64,000 nt of DNA. Origin: Paraspadella gotoi (Eukaryota; Animalia; Chaetognatha). The notes beneath the pieces were generated by a model, which saw only the letters and a program-made list of their open reading frames with translations, searched no databases and was not told where the DNA came from. Positions 26,424 to 38,468 of the stretch are shown piece after piece. Position numbers and translations under genes: made by a program. Position 1 is the first letter of the stretch. The number at the start of each line of letters is the position of its first letter. The stretch is from NCBI GenBank assembly GCA_051294375.1, contig CM119267.1, positions 3,716,759 to 3,780,758 of the forward strand. Reading direction: 5' to 3'.

Positions 26424-27156
26424 CTCAACTGGAAGATGGCCGAAAACACATTTGATTACTTTTAGTCAAACGGGGGTCAATGCCGGGGGCATCTTACCGT
26501 ATATGTTATTGATTTTATTGACCCTAAATATTAATTGGAAAACTATAATACTATTAAACCCAATTAAAAGTATTGCAAGAAACTTGGCGAGACGCATAAT
26601 GAAAAGCGAGGAACTTCATAGAAAAAATCAAAGTGTGATGAAGAGAATTTGAATAATTAGTTAGTTATATAAGGTTAATTACAAGGCAATAGGAATAAGG
26701 TTAGGAGTAACACATGCATCGAGTAGAAGCAGAAATAAAAAAGAAGAGAGGAAACGGTTTTTCTCTCATCTTCCCGTCATCCTTCCAAGTAATAATTTGT
26801 GGTTCATTTCAAATTTTCTTTAATCTCTATTTACATATTTGTTTAGATTAGATCATTCTCATAACCGTACGTAGATTAGATCATTTCTCATAACAGTACG
26901 GTTTTTAATAGAAAGTTTATTTTTGATTATCTTAGCAANNNNNNNNNNNNNNNNNNNNNNNNNGAATGAGGGCGAAACGCTAAAACAGTGCTGTTACGTT
27001 TATATGACCGTGGTTAATGATGTACGTGCGAGTTTGTTTAAAGTAATTTTAGTCTTTCTAAGTCTTCTAAAATTTTATTTAAAGTCTTTTTAAATTATAA
27101 AGTCTCTACATTCTCTTTAAGTCTTCTTTAAAGTCTTCTTTAAAGTCTTCTAGTTC

Positions 27157-28103
27157 TTTTAGTTGCGAGCGAGTACTGGCGGAGCAACTCTATAAGTCAC
27201 TTTTCGGTCTGTCGGTCGGTATGTCTGTCCGTCGGTCTGTCCCACTCACGTTAAAAATTGCTCATAACTTGCAGAAATTAAAGACAAAAGACAAATTCCG
27301 ATGCAGTGCTTGTCATAAATACACGGTATAAGAAAGTTATGCTAGTCATGTAGTCATTTAAGGCGTGAAGTAAATTCTAAATTTAACTTTAATTAAAATT
27401 CTAAAAGTGAGGAACGAACAACATTATATAATGAACATTTATGATATAAAAAAATGTATATAATAAATTTTACAATTTACGCAGTAGGCCAATATGTTAT
27501 ACTAGATTACTAATCCAATAAATGTATAAAAAATTTTCTAAACAGTTTTTCTCAAGTTTTTTTGCAGATTTGATTCGTAATGAAAGTTGATAAAAAGGAC
27601 AATATAATCTTTTTTAAAAAATTCCTTCATTAAGTGGGTCAAAAATTAGAAAAAGCTAGTCATATTTAAGCTGAAAATATTACTTTTTTATATTTATATA
27701 TATGTTGTTTGTATTTTTAACCCCTTAATAAAAGAATTTAAAAAAAATAATTTATATTTTCTTTATATCAATTTTGACGGAAGGAATTTCAAATCTGCAA
27801 TCAAAATTAAGAAAACGCCTATATTTTGAAATTTTCAATTTATTAAGGATATTACGTTATATATAGCATCATAGCCTATGAAATATTAAAAACATACAAC
27901 ATAGTATTTTTTTTTTACAATATTATATATGTTTCAGCTGATGGTATGTTCTTCATATTGACATTCTAGAATTGTTCGTATTGTAATTTCCTACCGCCCT
28001 TAGTGTAGTCATGTCATGTCCGTCTGTCATTTCATGTCACAAGAAAACACACGCTGATAAGACAGTCACCTGCGGCGCAAAACATTTGAATTACCTTTTT
28101 TGT
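27157..28103 (+). mobile_element. DINE-1/HINE-like element, copy B, interrupted by a MITE
   Basis: TTTTAGTTGCGAGCGAGTACTGGCGGAGCAACTCTATAAGTCACTTTTCGGTCTGTCGGTCGG..GTCCCACTCACGTTAAAA. Homology to copy A stops at about 27357 and resumes at about 28004. Confidence 0.7.
27358..28003. mobile_element. Foldback/MULE-type MITE, 646 bp, 9-bp TSD TGTAGTCAT
   Basis: TGTAGTCAT at 27349-27357 and 28004-28012. Ends are TTAAGGCGTGAAGTAAATTC vs the reverse complement CTAAGGGCGGTAGGAAATTAC. Inner arms pair, e.g. TTGCAGATTTGA (27562) with TCAAATCTGCAA (27789), and ATTAAGTGGGTCAAAAAT with ATTTTTAACCCCTTAAT. Confidence 0.75.
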
Positions 28104-28281
28104 CAAAGTCTTTTAAGAGTCTTCTTTTTCTGTTTCGTTCGTTTACCCAGAATTTGACCCTCAAATAATCGGTAGACCCTAACCGATATCCTTAATCGCC
28201 TAACTAAACCTAAACGTTAGTTGCCCTAAGCCCAAATCTCTAACACCTAATCAGGACAACAACAGTCATCTAACCTATTAC

Positions 28282-28449
28282 TGTAGAGTGTAAAATCGTA
28301 GCGTGTTAAATCGGGTTTGACTGTATATGAAAGAAAATTCGTCTTTGGAAACAGTCGTTATTGTGGGAACGACAGCGTTCCATTCGATGATTCCTACTGG
28401 TTGTGAGGACTCTTCGATCTTTAACGACTCCAGACGGAGTACGAGGATT
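28282..28449 (-). CDS. Candidate internal exon, 168 nt, PH-superfamily-like beta sandwich
   Basis: CT tract plus CAACAG acceptor and GTAATA donor, phase 2-2, open frame ILVLRLESLKIEESSQPVGIIEWNAVVPTITTVSKDEFSFIYSQTRFNTLRFYTL. The fold call is by eye only. Confidence 0.55.
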
Positions 28450-28903
28450 CTGTTGTCAATAAACAAAATAGCAGAAGAGAGAGAGAGAGAGAAGAGAGAG
28501 AGATGAGGAGAGAGAATGTAAGGAAGCTGACGGCCGCAGCTCTCGAAGACACAACGGAAATACAGATATTCAACATTTAATTAACAACTTTTACTCTGCC
28601 CTAAGTTAAATTTCATTCATGAAAAAAAACAACAAAAAAACAACCCAGCTCCCTCATTACCCTTCGAGTCTCCCACGCCCAATAGCGAACCGTTCACATT
28701 CCTCAATAATGGATTACTCGACGATGTAACCACTTCTACTATGGCTACATCGAAACGCTTAACCTTCTGGCCTCAAATCGACTGAAGCGTCGGGTTGACC
28801 TTGCAACGAACCGAGAAGATGAAACTCCTTCCCCGATAACAATTCCCGCCCCCTGATTGACACCCCCCCATTGCGCCTTCTCACTCAACCCACTTTCCAC
28901 TTC

Positions 28904-29432
28904 TACCGCGCGGAGCAACTCAATGAGTCACTTTTTTTGGGTCGGTCGGTCGATCGGTATGTCTGTCTGTCCGTCGGTCTGCCCCACTTATGTTAAAATG
29001 CTCATAACTCGGGTAATACTTCCTCAATTTAGTTCATATTTGGTACGTAGGTAATGGAACCATAAGATCTTAGACTTGCATACTTGTGCAGTCACGTGAT
29101 CACCTTAAAAAGGGATTTCATGACCTAAAATTCAATTAAAAAAATACCGAGGTATTTTAATTAATTCTTGGCAGACTAGTAAGGTATCCGTGAATGATTG
29201 TTGTGCGTATGAGTCATACTTGTATAGTAACGTGACCATGCAGAACTACAGTCACGTCATCACTAAGTAAATGAGGCATATTTCGCATCATATTTGGTTG
29301 TTTTAGTTGAAAATTTGCAGATAAGTCATTAACCATTGCACAAATCTTCTATAATTATGAAGTCACGTCATCACTCGGAAATACACGTGAAAAGAAAGTC
29401 ACTGCAACACATTGGAAGGACCGTTCTTGTTT
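28904..29432 (+). mobile_element. DINE-1/HINE-like element, copy C
   Basis: CGGAGCAACTC..AGTCACTTTT..GGTCGGTCGG..GTCTGTCTGTCCGTCGGTCTGCCCCACTTATGTTAAAATGCTCATAACT, and 3' end GGAAATACACGTGAAAAGAAAGTCACTGCAACACATTGGAAGGACCGTTCTTGTTT. The middle differs from copies A and B. Confidence 0.7.
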
Positions 29433-30029
29433 CCGCCCACGCTTAGCTCACGTCGGCCTTTTTAAAAAAAAAACGATCGACCCTCTTTGCCGCAGTCCTC
29501 TTTTAACAACGCAGTAGTTTCTCTCTTTATTATGTACGTCGTTAAATGTGCGCCGTACGTTTTACCATCTCCCAGAACCCAGAACCAACCCCGCTCTGCC
29601 AGCCCGCCGCGAATATGGTCTCTCTCTCTTTCGCCCTTACAACGGGTGCTAACTCCGCCCTCTTTCTTTTTTTTTCTCCTTTTGCTGGACCATCGATAAA
29701 AAAAAAAGACGGGGGGGGCTTTCTTTTGACTTGTACAACGAATCTTTCCATTTAAATTCTCTTCTTTTTTCTCATAGATTTTTGATAAAAACTACTTAAT
29801 TGGCTAATTTTTAATTCAATTTGTTTGTTTGTTTCACGTTTTGATATGGTCTTTTGGAAACTTCTTCTATTAGGCTAATTTCTTAATTTGTTCCATATTG
29901 CGCAAAATTAATCGTCAATTATTATAGAATGGAATATCACAATGGAAAACTCCTGAAATTTTTTTTCTTAAAGTAATTTTATTTTATTGTTGAACTCGAA
30001 TCCACTTTATTTTTGACATTTTCTCTTCT

Positions 30030-30302
30030 CTTATCTCTCACTTCCTCTCCCTTATCTCTATAATTTCCTCACTCTTATCTCACTTTCTCTCATGTATCTA
30101 TCACTTCTTCTTTCTCATCTCTCACTTCCTCTCCCTTATCTCTATAATTTCCTCTCTCTTATCTCACTTTCTCTCATGTATCTATCACTTCTTCTTTCTT
30201 ATCTCTCACTTCCTCTCGCTTATCTCTATAATTTCCTCATTCTTATCTCACTTTCTCTCATGTATCTATCACTTCTTCTTTCTCATCTCTCACTTCCTCT
30301 CT
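30030..30302 (+). repeat. 84-bp tandem repeat, about 3.3 copies
   Basis: Units start at 30051, 30135 and 30219 (CTTATCTCTATAATTTCCTC...). Confidence 0.9.
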
Positions 30303-30637
30303 TCTATCTTTTTCATATCTCATTTCTCTTCTTAATCTCATACAATTTAGTTTTCAACTTTTTAATTCCAACCATTCATCAATTTTTAATAATTGAAATT
30401 TCGTTCCCCGTTCTTATCACATCAGAATATTTAACATAACGCTACAAATTTTTCATCCCAGACTACCTAATTTAATTTCATTTCTCTTCATCATAAAAAT
30501 TTCCCTCTCTTCCATCACACAGGAGTTTTAAGCCTCCGTCCCCAACTAGAAATTCTTTTCAATACTTCGTCTCCTTCTCAATCTTTTAATTCCCTCTCTC
30601 CTTCTAATCATCTCCTTCTCTCTTTCTCCTTCTCCAG

Positions 30638-30871
30638 GGCCCAGGCCACGTTCGAAGTCGTACGTCTTTCTGTTTGCCTTCGTCTTGGCTAAAAGTCGAG
30701 GCGAAGAAAACGCGTTTCGACTCTAGTATGCAAATGAGAACGAGGCGGCGGCTTTGTGCGGCGGGGGCGGCGGCAGCGGCTGCGGCAGCGGGCCGGGGGC
30801 CAGGATCGGCGGTTCGTGTCGACAAATTAAAGGAAGGATAAATTCCTCGATGTTTTCTCGTTTCCCTTGAG
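30638..30871 (+). other. Candidate GC-rich exon (coding frame not intact)
   Basis: Branch-like TTCTAAT, long pyrimidine tract and CAG acceptor; GAG|GTAAAG donor; GCG/GGC run. All three frames contain a stop. Confidence 0.35.
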
Positions 30872-30985
30872 GTAAAGAGCGTGGGAGGGAGCAGAAAGCA
30901 GTGAAGACAGAAGAGAGAGAGTTAGGTAGAGAGAGTGAGAGAGAGCTCTTTAGGAATGGTCTAGGAAAATCGCTCGAAAATCCTC

Positions 30986-31017
<32 letters not shown>

Positions 31018-32737
31018 GAGAGAAGGAGAGAGAGAGAGAGTGAGAGGAGAGAGAGAAGAGAGAGAGAAAAGAAAAGAAAAAGAAAGAAAAGAAAGAAAGA
31101 AAGAAAGAAAGAAAGAAAAGAAAGAGAGGAGAGAGAGAGACAGCGAGCCTTCAAACAATAGTTAAAAAAGATCAACCTTAAGAAGTTCCATCGACCGACA
31201 GACAAAGATTTTTTTCCATTAATTTTTTTTCATCTTTATCTTTTTCGCGTTTCCTTTTTTCGCTCTTTTTTTTCCTTTTTTTAATTCCCTTTTTCTTTCT
31301 TTTTTCTTTTCCTCTCCAACTTAATTCCGTAGAAATGCGCAACGAGCTCATTCTTTTGCGTGGAAGCTATACGTATCTTGCTTCTTTTTCTTTTCTTCTT
31401 ATTCTTCTTGCATATTTCTTTATCTTCCTCCTCTTCTTCTCCTCCTCCTCCCTGCGTCATCAATTCACTTACTTATCATTTGACAACCTCCCACCACCCC
31501 TCTCTATCCCTCTCCCCCCTCCCTCCCCCCCGACGCTACAACGCACGATCGAGTTAATAACCTTCACTTCAAAATCAAAAACAGGACATTCTTCCTTTTA
31601 AATTTATTTTCCTTTTTAAATATTTTTCCTTTTTAACATGTCTTCTCTTTTTAAAACATTTTACTTCCTTTTTAAACATTTCTTGATTTTTAAATATTTT
31701 TTTTACGAGTATCAGAGCTCTTCTTTATTACCCTCACGCACTTTACATTTTTTCCTTTGTTAAACATTTCTCAAGGAACTCTTTGTTTTCCCCGCACTTG
31801 ATCGCAAAGCGTGAAAAAGAACCCCTTCGCCATACCTGAGAGAAGAGAGAGTAGAGAGAGAGAGAGAAGAGAAGGAGAGAGAGAGGAGAGAGAAGAGAGA
31901 GGAGAGAGAGAGAGAGAGAGAGAGAAAAAGCTGCTTTTATACTGGAAATTGTACTAATTTCATTCCAAATTTTAAAACTATTTTATGTTACGATTATTGT
32001 AAATATGAGCGTCTAAAGCAAAATGACAAACTCTGTAGTATTATTTTTATAGTTAATAGAGTACTATTACTTATATTTATAAGCTCATTAAAATATGCAA
32101 CTTTGCATCGCCCGATACTACATGTCTTTCAGCGCCTCTGGTGGCGACGGCGAGAGAAATTGGAAACAAAAGATATCACGTCCGCTACGTCACGCTTTGA
32201 TATTCTTTGATCCCCCTATTGCCGACGGCGAAGAAAGAAATTAAAAAGAAAAAAATAATAAAGAAAGACGAGATCTGATAATCGGAGAAATTGTTTATTC
32301 AAGCAAACGACTTCCCTTTGCTTTGAGCTTTTCTTTTTATCAGTTTACATTAAAGAATATAGACGGGAGGAATTAACTTTTTAATGAAGAGAGAGAGAGA
32401 GAGANNNNNNNNNNNNNNNNNNNNNNNNNAAGAGAGGGAAGAAGAGAGAGAAGAGAGAGAGAGCAAAAGGACGGAGAGAGAAGAAGCAGAGAGAGAGACG
32501 AGAGAGAGAGAGAGAGAGAAAGAAGATAGATAGATAGATAGATAGATAGCTAGATAGATAGAAAGAATAGATAGATAGATAGATAGGTAGAGATAGAGGG
32601 AGAGAGGGAGAGAGAGAGAGACAGAGAGAGAGAGTGTGAATAGATAGATAGAAGATATATAATAGATAGATAGATAGATAGATACATAGATAGCATAGAT
32701 AGAAAAAGAAAGTACGAATAACAAAGAAAGAAAGAGA

Positions 32738-33035
32738 AGAAGGAAGACGAATGAAAAAAAGAAGGAGAAGAAGGAGACGAATGAAATAAAGAAGGAGAAG
32801 AAGGAGACGAATGAAATAAAAGAAGGAGAAGGAGACGAAGGAAATAAAAGAAGGAAAGAAGGAAGAACGAATGAAATAAAAGAAGGAGACAGAGAGACGA
32901 AGAAATAAAAAGAAGGAGAAGAAGGAGACGAATGAATAAAAGAAGGAGAAGAAGGAGACGAATGAAATAAAAGAAGGAGAAGAGGAGACGAATGAAATAA
33001 AAGAAGGAGAAGAGGACGAATGAAATAAAAGAAGG
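32738..33035 (+). repeat. ~30-31 bp minisatellite (also at 40555-40755)
   Basis: Unit GAAGGAGAAGAAGGAGACGAATGAAATAAA(A), preceded by an (AGAT)n tract. Confidence 0.85.
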
Positions 33036-34451
33036 AGAGGAACATTGTGCGCAAATTAGAGAAAGATCGTTAATTAAGAAGTCGTTTCGTCGGGAGCCAT
33101 TAAAACGAGGGGGACGACTCAGAAGAATAATGATAAAATTGTGATGTATAAAGAAAGAAGTAAGAATTGGAGATGGAGCCGGCTGAATGAAACCGGGGGG
33201 GCGGAGAGGGGAGTTGGGGAGGGGGAATAGAGGGGAGGAGAGGAAGAGAAGAGAGGGAAAGGGAGGGGGATAGAGGGGGAGAGAGGGAAAGAGAAGAAAT
33301 GAAGAGAATGGGGAGAGAGGGGAAGAGAGGAAGAGAAGAGAGGTAAAGAGAGGAAGAGAAGAGAGAAAAAGGAGAATGAGAGAAGAGAGGGAAAGAGAGG
33401 TAAAGAGAGAAAGAGAAGTAAAGAGAATAAGAGAAGAGAGAGGAAGAGAGGGAAAAGAGGAAGCAAAAAAAAAAATGATTTCGAAAGATTTTAATGACGG
33501 AAATTTTTAGAATTGAGACAGATGGGAAATGTGAGAGACGAAATTCACGAAAAAAATGAGAGAGAAAGTTTGAGATTTGCGATTTCGTGAGCCGTGAGCC
33601 TGTGTGTGTGTTTTTTTTTAGGCGGGGGGAATCTGAGAAGCGTAAAAGAGAAGAGAGAATCTGAAACTTGAGGAAGATGACCCAGAAAAAAAGGCGACCT
33701 ATGATACATGGGTTTACGACTCGACTGTCCAAAATTTGATTAAACTATCTGCACTGTCTTTATGAGAAAGAAAAACAAGACAAAAAAACGGAGGGACAAA
33801 ATTTCTTGACGTCACTGGTTAAAAATAGCCTACCATGTTCTGTTCCGATCTCTGATCCCTAAACAGATATTCCGGACCCCGAACCCCAGGACTCAAGAAC
33901 CTCAGACCCAGAACCTAGGCCCGAAACCCTCGCTCCTCGGAGACGCCCGTGTCATCGGGAACAACGCGAAATGGAGAATGTTCGCGTGAGAGAAGCCAGA
34001 AACATGGGAAAACCAAGAAAGTCGCGGGAAAGAAATGAAAAGAAAAGGAAAGAAAATGGAGAGAAAAGGAAAAAAAAAAGAAAGGGAAAGACATTGGAAA
34101 GAAAAAGAAAAGAACATGGAAATAAATGGGAAAGAAACAGGAAAGAAAGGGAAAAAATTAAAAAAAAGGGAAAAAAAAGGAAATAAATGAGAATAAAATG
34201 GAAAACAAATGAAAAGAAAAGGAAAAGAAAAGAGGAAAAAAATGGAAAGAAAAGGGAAGAAAAGGGTAAAAAGAAGGTTAGGAGAGCGCGGCCTTCCTCG
34301 AAAAACTGCTATTCAGACACAGTTGGCGATGGTTCCTTGTTGCTCATAAACTTAGGTTGGTTCGGCTTCGACGCTTAAGGGGGGGTTCTGTTTTTTTCTG
34401 TCTTTCCTTTCTTTTCTTGCATTTGTTTCGTTTCTTTCTTTCTTTCTTTCT

Positions 34452-34492
<41 letters not shown>

Positions 34493-34799
34493 TTTCTTTC
34501 TTTCTTTCTCTTCTCTAACTCTATCTCTATTTTCTCTCGTGATTTTGGGCCATTTTTAAGGAGCGTCAGTAATGGTCTGTTAGACACGAAAAAAAAATAT
34601 TTTTTTCCCTGGAGTTGCTATGTCTATAAAGGAAGAGCCAGTGAAGGGAAAAAATTAAAAAAATTAAAAATTAATTTTTGTAAAAACAATTAAGAAACAT
34701 GAAGAAGAAAATCACAAAAGGCAAGAAATCAAGAAAGAAGAAAAAAGGGTCAGGAAATCTGAAGAAGAAGAAGAGGCAGCAAAGGAATAGAAAAGATAA

Positions 34800-34990
34800 A
34801 GAAGATTTTCCATTGTATTTGTTATTGTCTTCGTCTTCGTCGTTTTTTTGTCGTTGTCTTTGTCATTATCGTTATCAACATATTCATCGTTGTCATCATC
34901 TTCGTCCAAGTCGTCGTCGTTGTCGTCGTCATCGTCGTTGTCTTCGTCGTCATCGTCCAAAGATGAATCTACTCATTCAATGGATTTCGG
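34800..34990 (-). CDS. Candidate acidic exon (duplicate at about 42540-42730)
   Basis: TTTTTTTCGTTTGCAG acceptor, then ..VDSSLDDDDEDNDDDDDNDDDLDEDDDNDEYVDNDNDKDNDKK..DEDEDNNKY.GKSS; needs 1-bp indel corrections. Confidence 0.45.
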
Positions 34991-35194
34991 CTGCAAACGA
35001 AAAAAAACTGTCAAATATTCAAATCGTATGTATTATGTACTAATTTTATACATATATAGAAAAAAAATTAGGGAATTTATAAAATTGAATGTGGCTAATA
35101 TCTTACGCTATTATCAAACTGTAAATGGGTCAGAATAATCACGATTTTACGACGCAATAAATAAAGCGTTCAATACTAAAAAAAAATTATTGGG

Positions 35195-35530
35195 GGCTGA
35201 GTTTGACAGATGAATTAAGACGGGTTGCAGAAAGGTCAAGTTGGATTCAGATGGATCGAGTGGTTTGAGATGAATTAAGACGGGTTGAGAAAAGGTCAAG
35301 TTGGATTCAGATGGGTCAAGATAGTTTGAGATGAATTAGACGGGTTGAGAAGGTCAAGGAGGATTCAAATGGGTCAAGATTAGGTTTAAAGATAATTAGA
35401 CGGGCTGAGATGGATTACGAAGGATTGAGATGGATAGAGATGGATTGAAATGGTTTGAGATGTGATTAAGAGAGCTTCAGAGGGTAAAGACGGTTGAGAT
35501 AGTTCAGATAGTTAACATGAGTTGAGTGGG
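35195..35530 (+). repeat. 60-bp higher-order repeat of 10-bp subunits (also at 42935-43210)
   Basis: GAGATGAATT-AAGACGGGTT-GAGAAAGGTC-AAGTTGGATT-CAGATGGGTC-GAGATGGTTT, decaying into single GAGATGGRTT 10-mers. Confidence 0.85.
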
Positions 35531-38396
35531 TGAGGCAAGCTTGCGTCGGGTGAGTCTTCTGGCCTTTGGTCTTTTGATTCAAGTTCCTCTTCTATTCCTT
35601 CATCCAAAATCTTCATTTCACATCGTTAAACTATTCACGCCCGTTCGATCACCATTAAAATCCATGACCCCTCCCCCTTTATTGGCCACTATTACCCCCC
35701 TTCCCCCTTTTGCCTCTTTTATTGCCCTTATGGCCCCTTATTCTTACCCCCCCCTATCGCCCTCTCTCTTCCTCTTATCCTTATGGTCTTTTTTCTTCCT
35801 TTCTATTTTTCTTATTTTCATTTTTTTTCTATTTATAGCTATACATTTATCGACGTACATTCTAAGTCCTTTTTTTTTCCCAAAAATTATTCACATGCAA
35901 GAAATAATATCATCTCGATGAACATTTTGGCCGAAACTTTTTTTTCTTTTCTTTCCTTTTTTCTTTAATCGTTATTTCCTTTTTTATCTCTTTTTATTCT
36001 TGATTCATCTTTTTTCCCCTCTTTAGATCCTTAATTACTTCGGTCCTTCATCAAGTTTTTTAATCTCCTCTCTTTTTTTATATTTCTTACCTCTCTCACT
36101 TTAGATTCCAGTCACGTCGGGATTTTCTTGGAGTCACATCGATGCTACCATCTCTCTCATTCATCTCTCAGATGCCTCCAGCCAGCAGTCATCGGTCTGC
36201 ACCAGTCTCTCTTAGTGCTCTCTCCTCGTCCCTTTTCCAATGATGCTCTCTGTCTTCTTCCTCTCTCTCATCCTCTCAGCTACCATCGGTCTCTGCCTCC
36301 CCTCGTTTCTTCTGTTCTATCTTCTCCTATTCATCGTCTCCTCATTTTTTTAGATTTCTTCTTTATAATGCATTTTTTTTTCAAATTCAATTTTTTACAC
36401 CTGCCTCATTTTTATTTCATTTTTCTCGGACCACTCATCCTCTCTTCTTTCTCTCTACCTAATCTCTCTATGAACATACACATTCTCCTTCGTCATCTCT
36501 CTCTCTCTATAACTACTTTACTCTCTCTGTTTGCGATCAGGAATTTGTTGGGCCCAAATTGACCGTTTGATGATGAGGCAGGAGGAGGAGGTGGAGGAGG
36601 AGGAGAAGGAGGAGGAGGAAGCGTTAGGGAGGATAAGAGGGCTATGAAAGTTAATTATTTGGGGGAGATTCGATCCAGTTCGGCGTCCGGAACTTTTCGA
36701 GAAGAGAGCTGGTTTAGGCGAGGGAGGGAAGGGAGGAAGAGAGAGAAGGGGAGGAAGGGAGAGAGTAGAGGGAGAGTAGGGAGGAAAAAGAGTAATTGGA
36801 GAGGGAGAGGGCGAGGAAGAAGGCGGAGAGGGGCGGAGAGAGGGAGAGGGGAAAGGAAGAGAGAGATAGGAGAGGAGAGTGGGAGGAAGCGGAGGAGAGA
36901 GAGGGTGAGGGAGAAGAAAGAGAGAGAGTAATGAGAGGATGAAGTGGGAGAAAGAGGGCAGAGGGCAGGAAGAAAGAGGAGAGGGAGAGGGGGAAGATAG
37001 TAAGTAAGCTATTAGAGTCAGTAGAGCCCCTTATTCGACTTGATTCGCTACCTCAAACGGTTACAATGAGGGAGAGTGGGGAGGAAGAGTGAATTGAGGA
37101 AGAGGTAATAATAAAAAAAGGAAAAAAGTATAGAATGACAGGTGAAAAGGTGATGAGGGAAAAAGCAAAAGGATGAAAGGTGAGAAAGTTCTGAAAATGA
37201 GCGGAAAAGAGAATGCGGTTCTTGGAATAAAGCGGAGTGCAAAAATTTAAAATAATTCTGAGGCGGTACTCTAGTATTTTATTTATAAATAGAATTACCT
37301 CGTATATTGAAAGATTATGATCATTATAAAATAACTTTTAAAAAATATTTAATAATTAAAGTATTAGATTTTTAATAAATTTATATAATTTATAATTAGA
37401 TAAATTATAAATTATTTATTATTTATCTTTAATTCCTATAAATTTCAAATGACTTCTCAAGTCGACATAATAGTGAGAACGCTAAACGAGACGAGCCTTA
37501 AAGTGAGGAGGAAAGGGGAGAGGAAAGAAAGATACGAGGAAAAAAAGGCTGAAGCTAAAAGAAGGAAGTTGTGAGTAGGGCGGGAGATCGGAAGTGAGGG
37601 TGTTTTTGAGGAGATATTTATAAGGGCGGAGGGGGCGAGAAAGGGGGAGGTTGGGGGCAGGCGAGGGCTAAGCAAGTTTGGAGAAATTAGGAGGGCGTGG
37701 GCTGTTGTCAGAGGGAAGAGGAAGTGAGGGAAGATAGGGAGAAGAGAGAGAAAAGGAAAGGAGATGGGGGTAGAGGAAGGGAAGGAAGAGAAAAAAAGGG
37801 ATGGGAGTGAGGGAGAAAGAAGTGAACAGGATAGGGGGTGGAAAGCAAGGGAGATGAAAGAGAAAAAGGATAAGAAATTGAAAAAGATGAACGAAAAAAA
37901 AAGACTATAATTAGTTTTCTTATTTTGTTTATCCTTTTGTTTTTTTGGCGGGAAGCAAGATTCCGAATGAAGAGAGAGAGAGAGAGGGAGAGAGAGAGGA
38001 GAGAGAGAAAGAGAGAGAGAGAAGAGCAGAGAGAGAGAAGAGAAGAGACGAGAGAGAGGACGAGAGAGAGAGAGAGAGTAGAGAGAGAGCAGAGAGAGAG
38101 AGACACTAGTTGGCGGGCGACAGGGACGATTGGCATACTAACCAGGAAGGAACTCGCGCACGAATGAAATCGTAAATCGGCAGAAAACTCCAATTGTGAC
38201 GTTCACCTTTAATTTTATTTACGAGGAAACAAAAGAGCGAAGAAAGTTTGGGAAGCACAAGAAAACAATAACCTGGACAAGTTTAAAGGTGTTTCAGAAA
38301 CAACAACCGGAAAGTTGTGTTGCGCCGGAGTCACTTTCTTCTGTCTAACAACTCTAACATATTTCTAGATGATCCGTGGCCTTTACAAGTAGGAAA

Positions 38397-38468
38397 TAGG
38401 AACAAGTCGTAGAGACACGGACTTTAATCCCGGGGTGGCGTAGGTTCGAGCCCGCACATTGGGCGCCA
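38397..38468 (+). pseudogene. tRNA-Lys(CTT)-derived pseudogene or SINE head
   Basis: TAGGAACAAGTCGTAGAGACACGGACT(C)TTAATCCCGGGGT..GTAGGTTCGAGCCC..ACATTGGGCGCCA follows the eukaryotic tRNA-Lys(CTT) from about position 8 to an encoded CCA. The 5' acceptor strand is missing. Confidence 0.75.

Noticed and set aside
38443-38468. Minus-strand TGGCGCCCAA as an LTR retrotransposon primer-binding site
   Set aside because: Similarity extends over about 70 nt of the tRNA rather than 18 nt, and no LTR or gag/pol sequence is adjacent.
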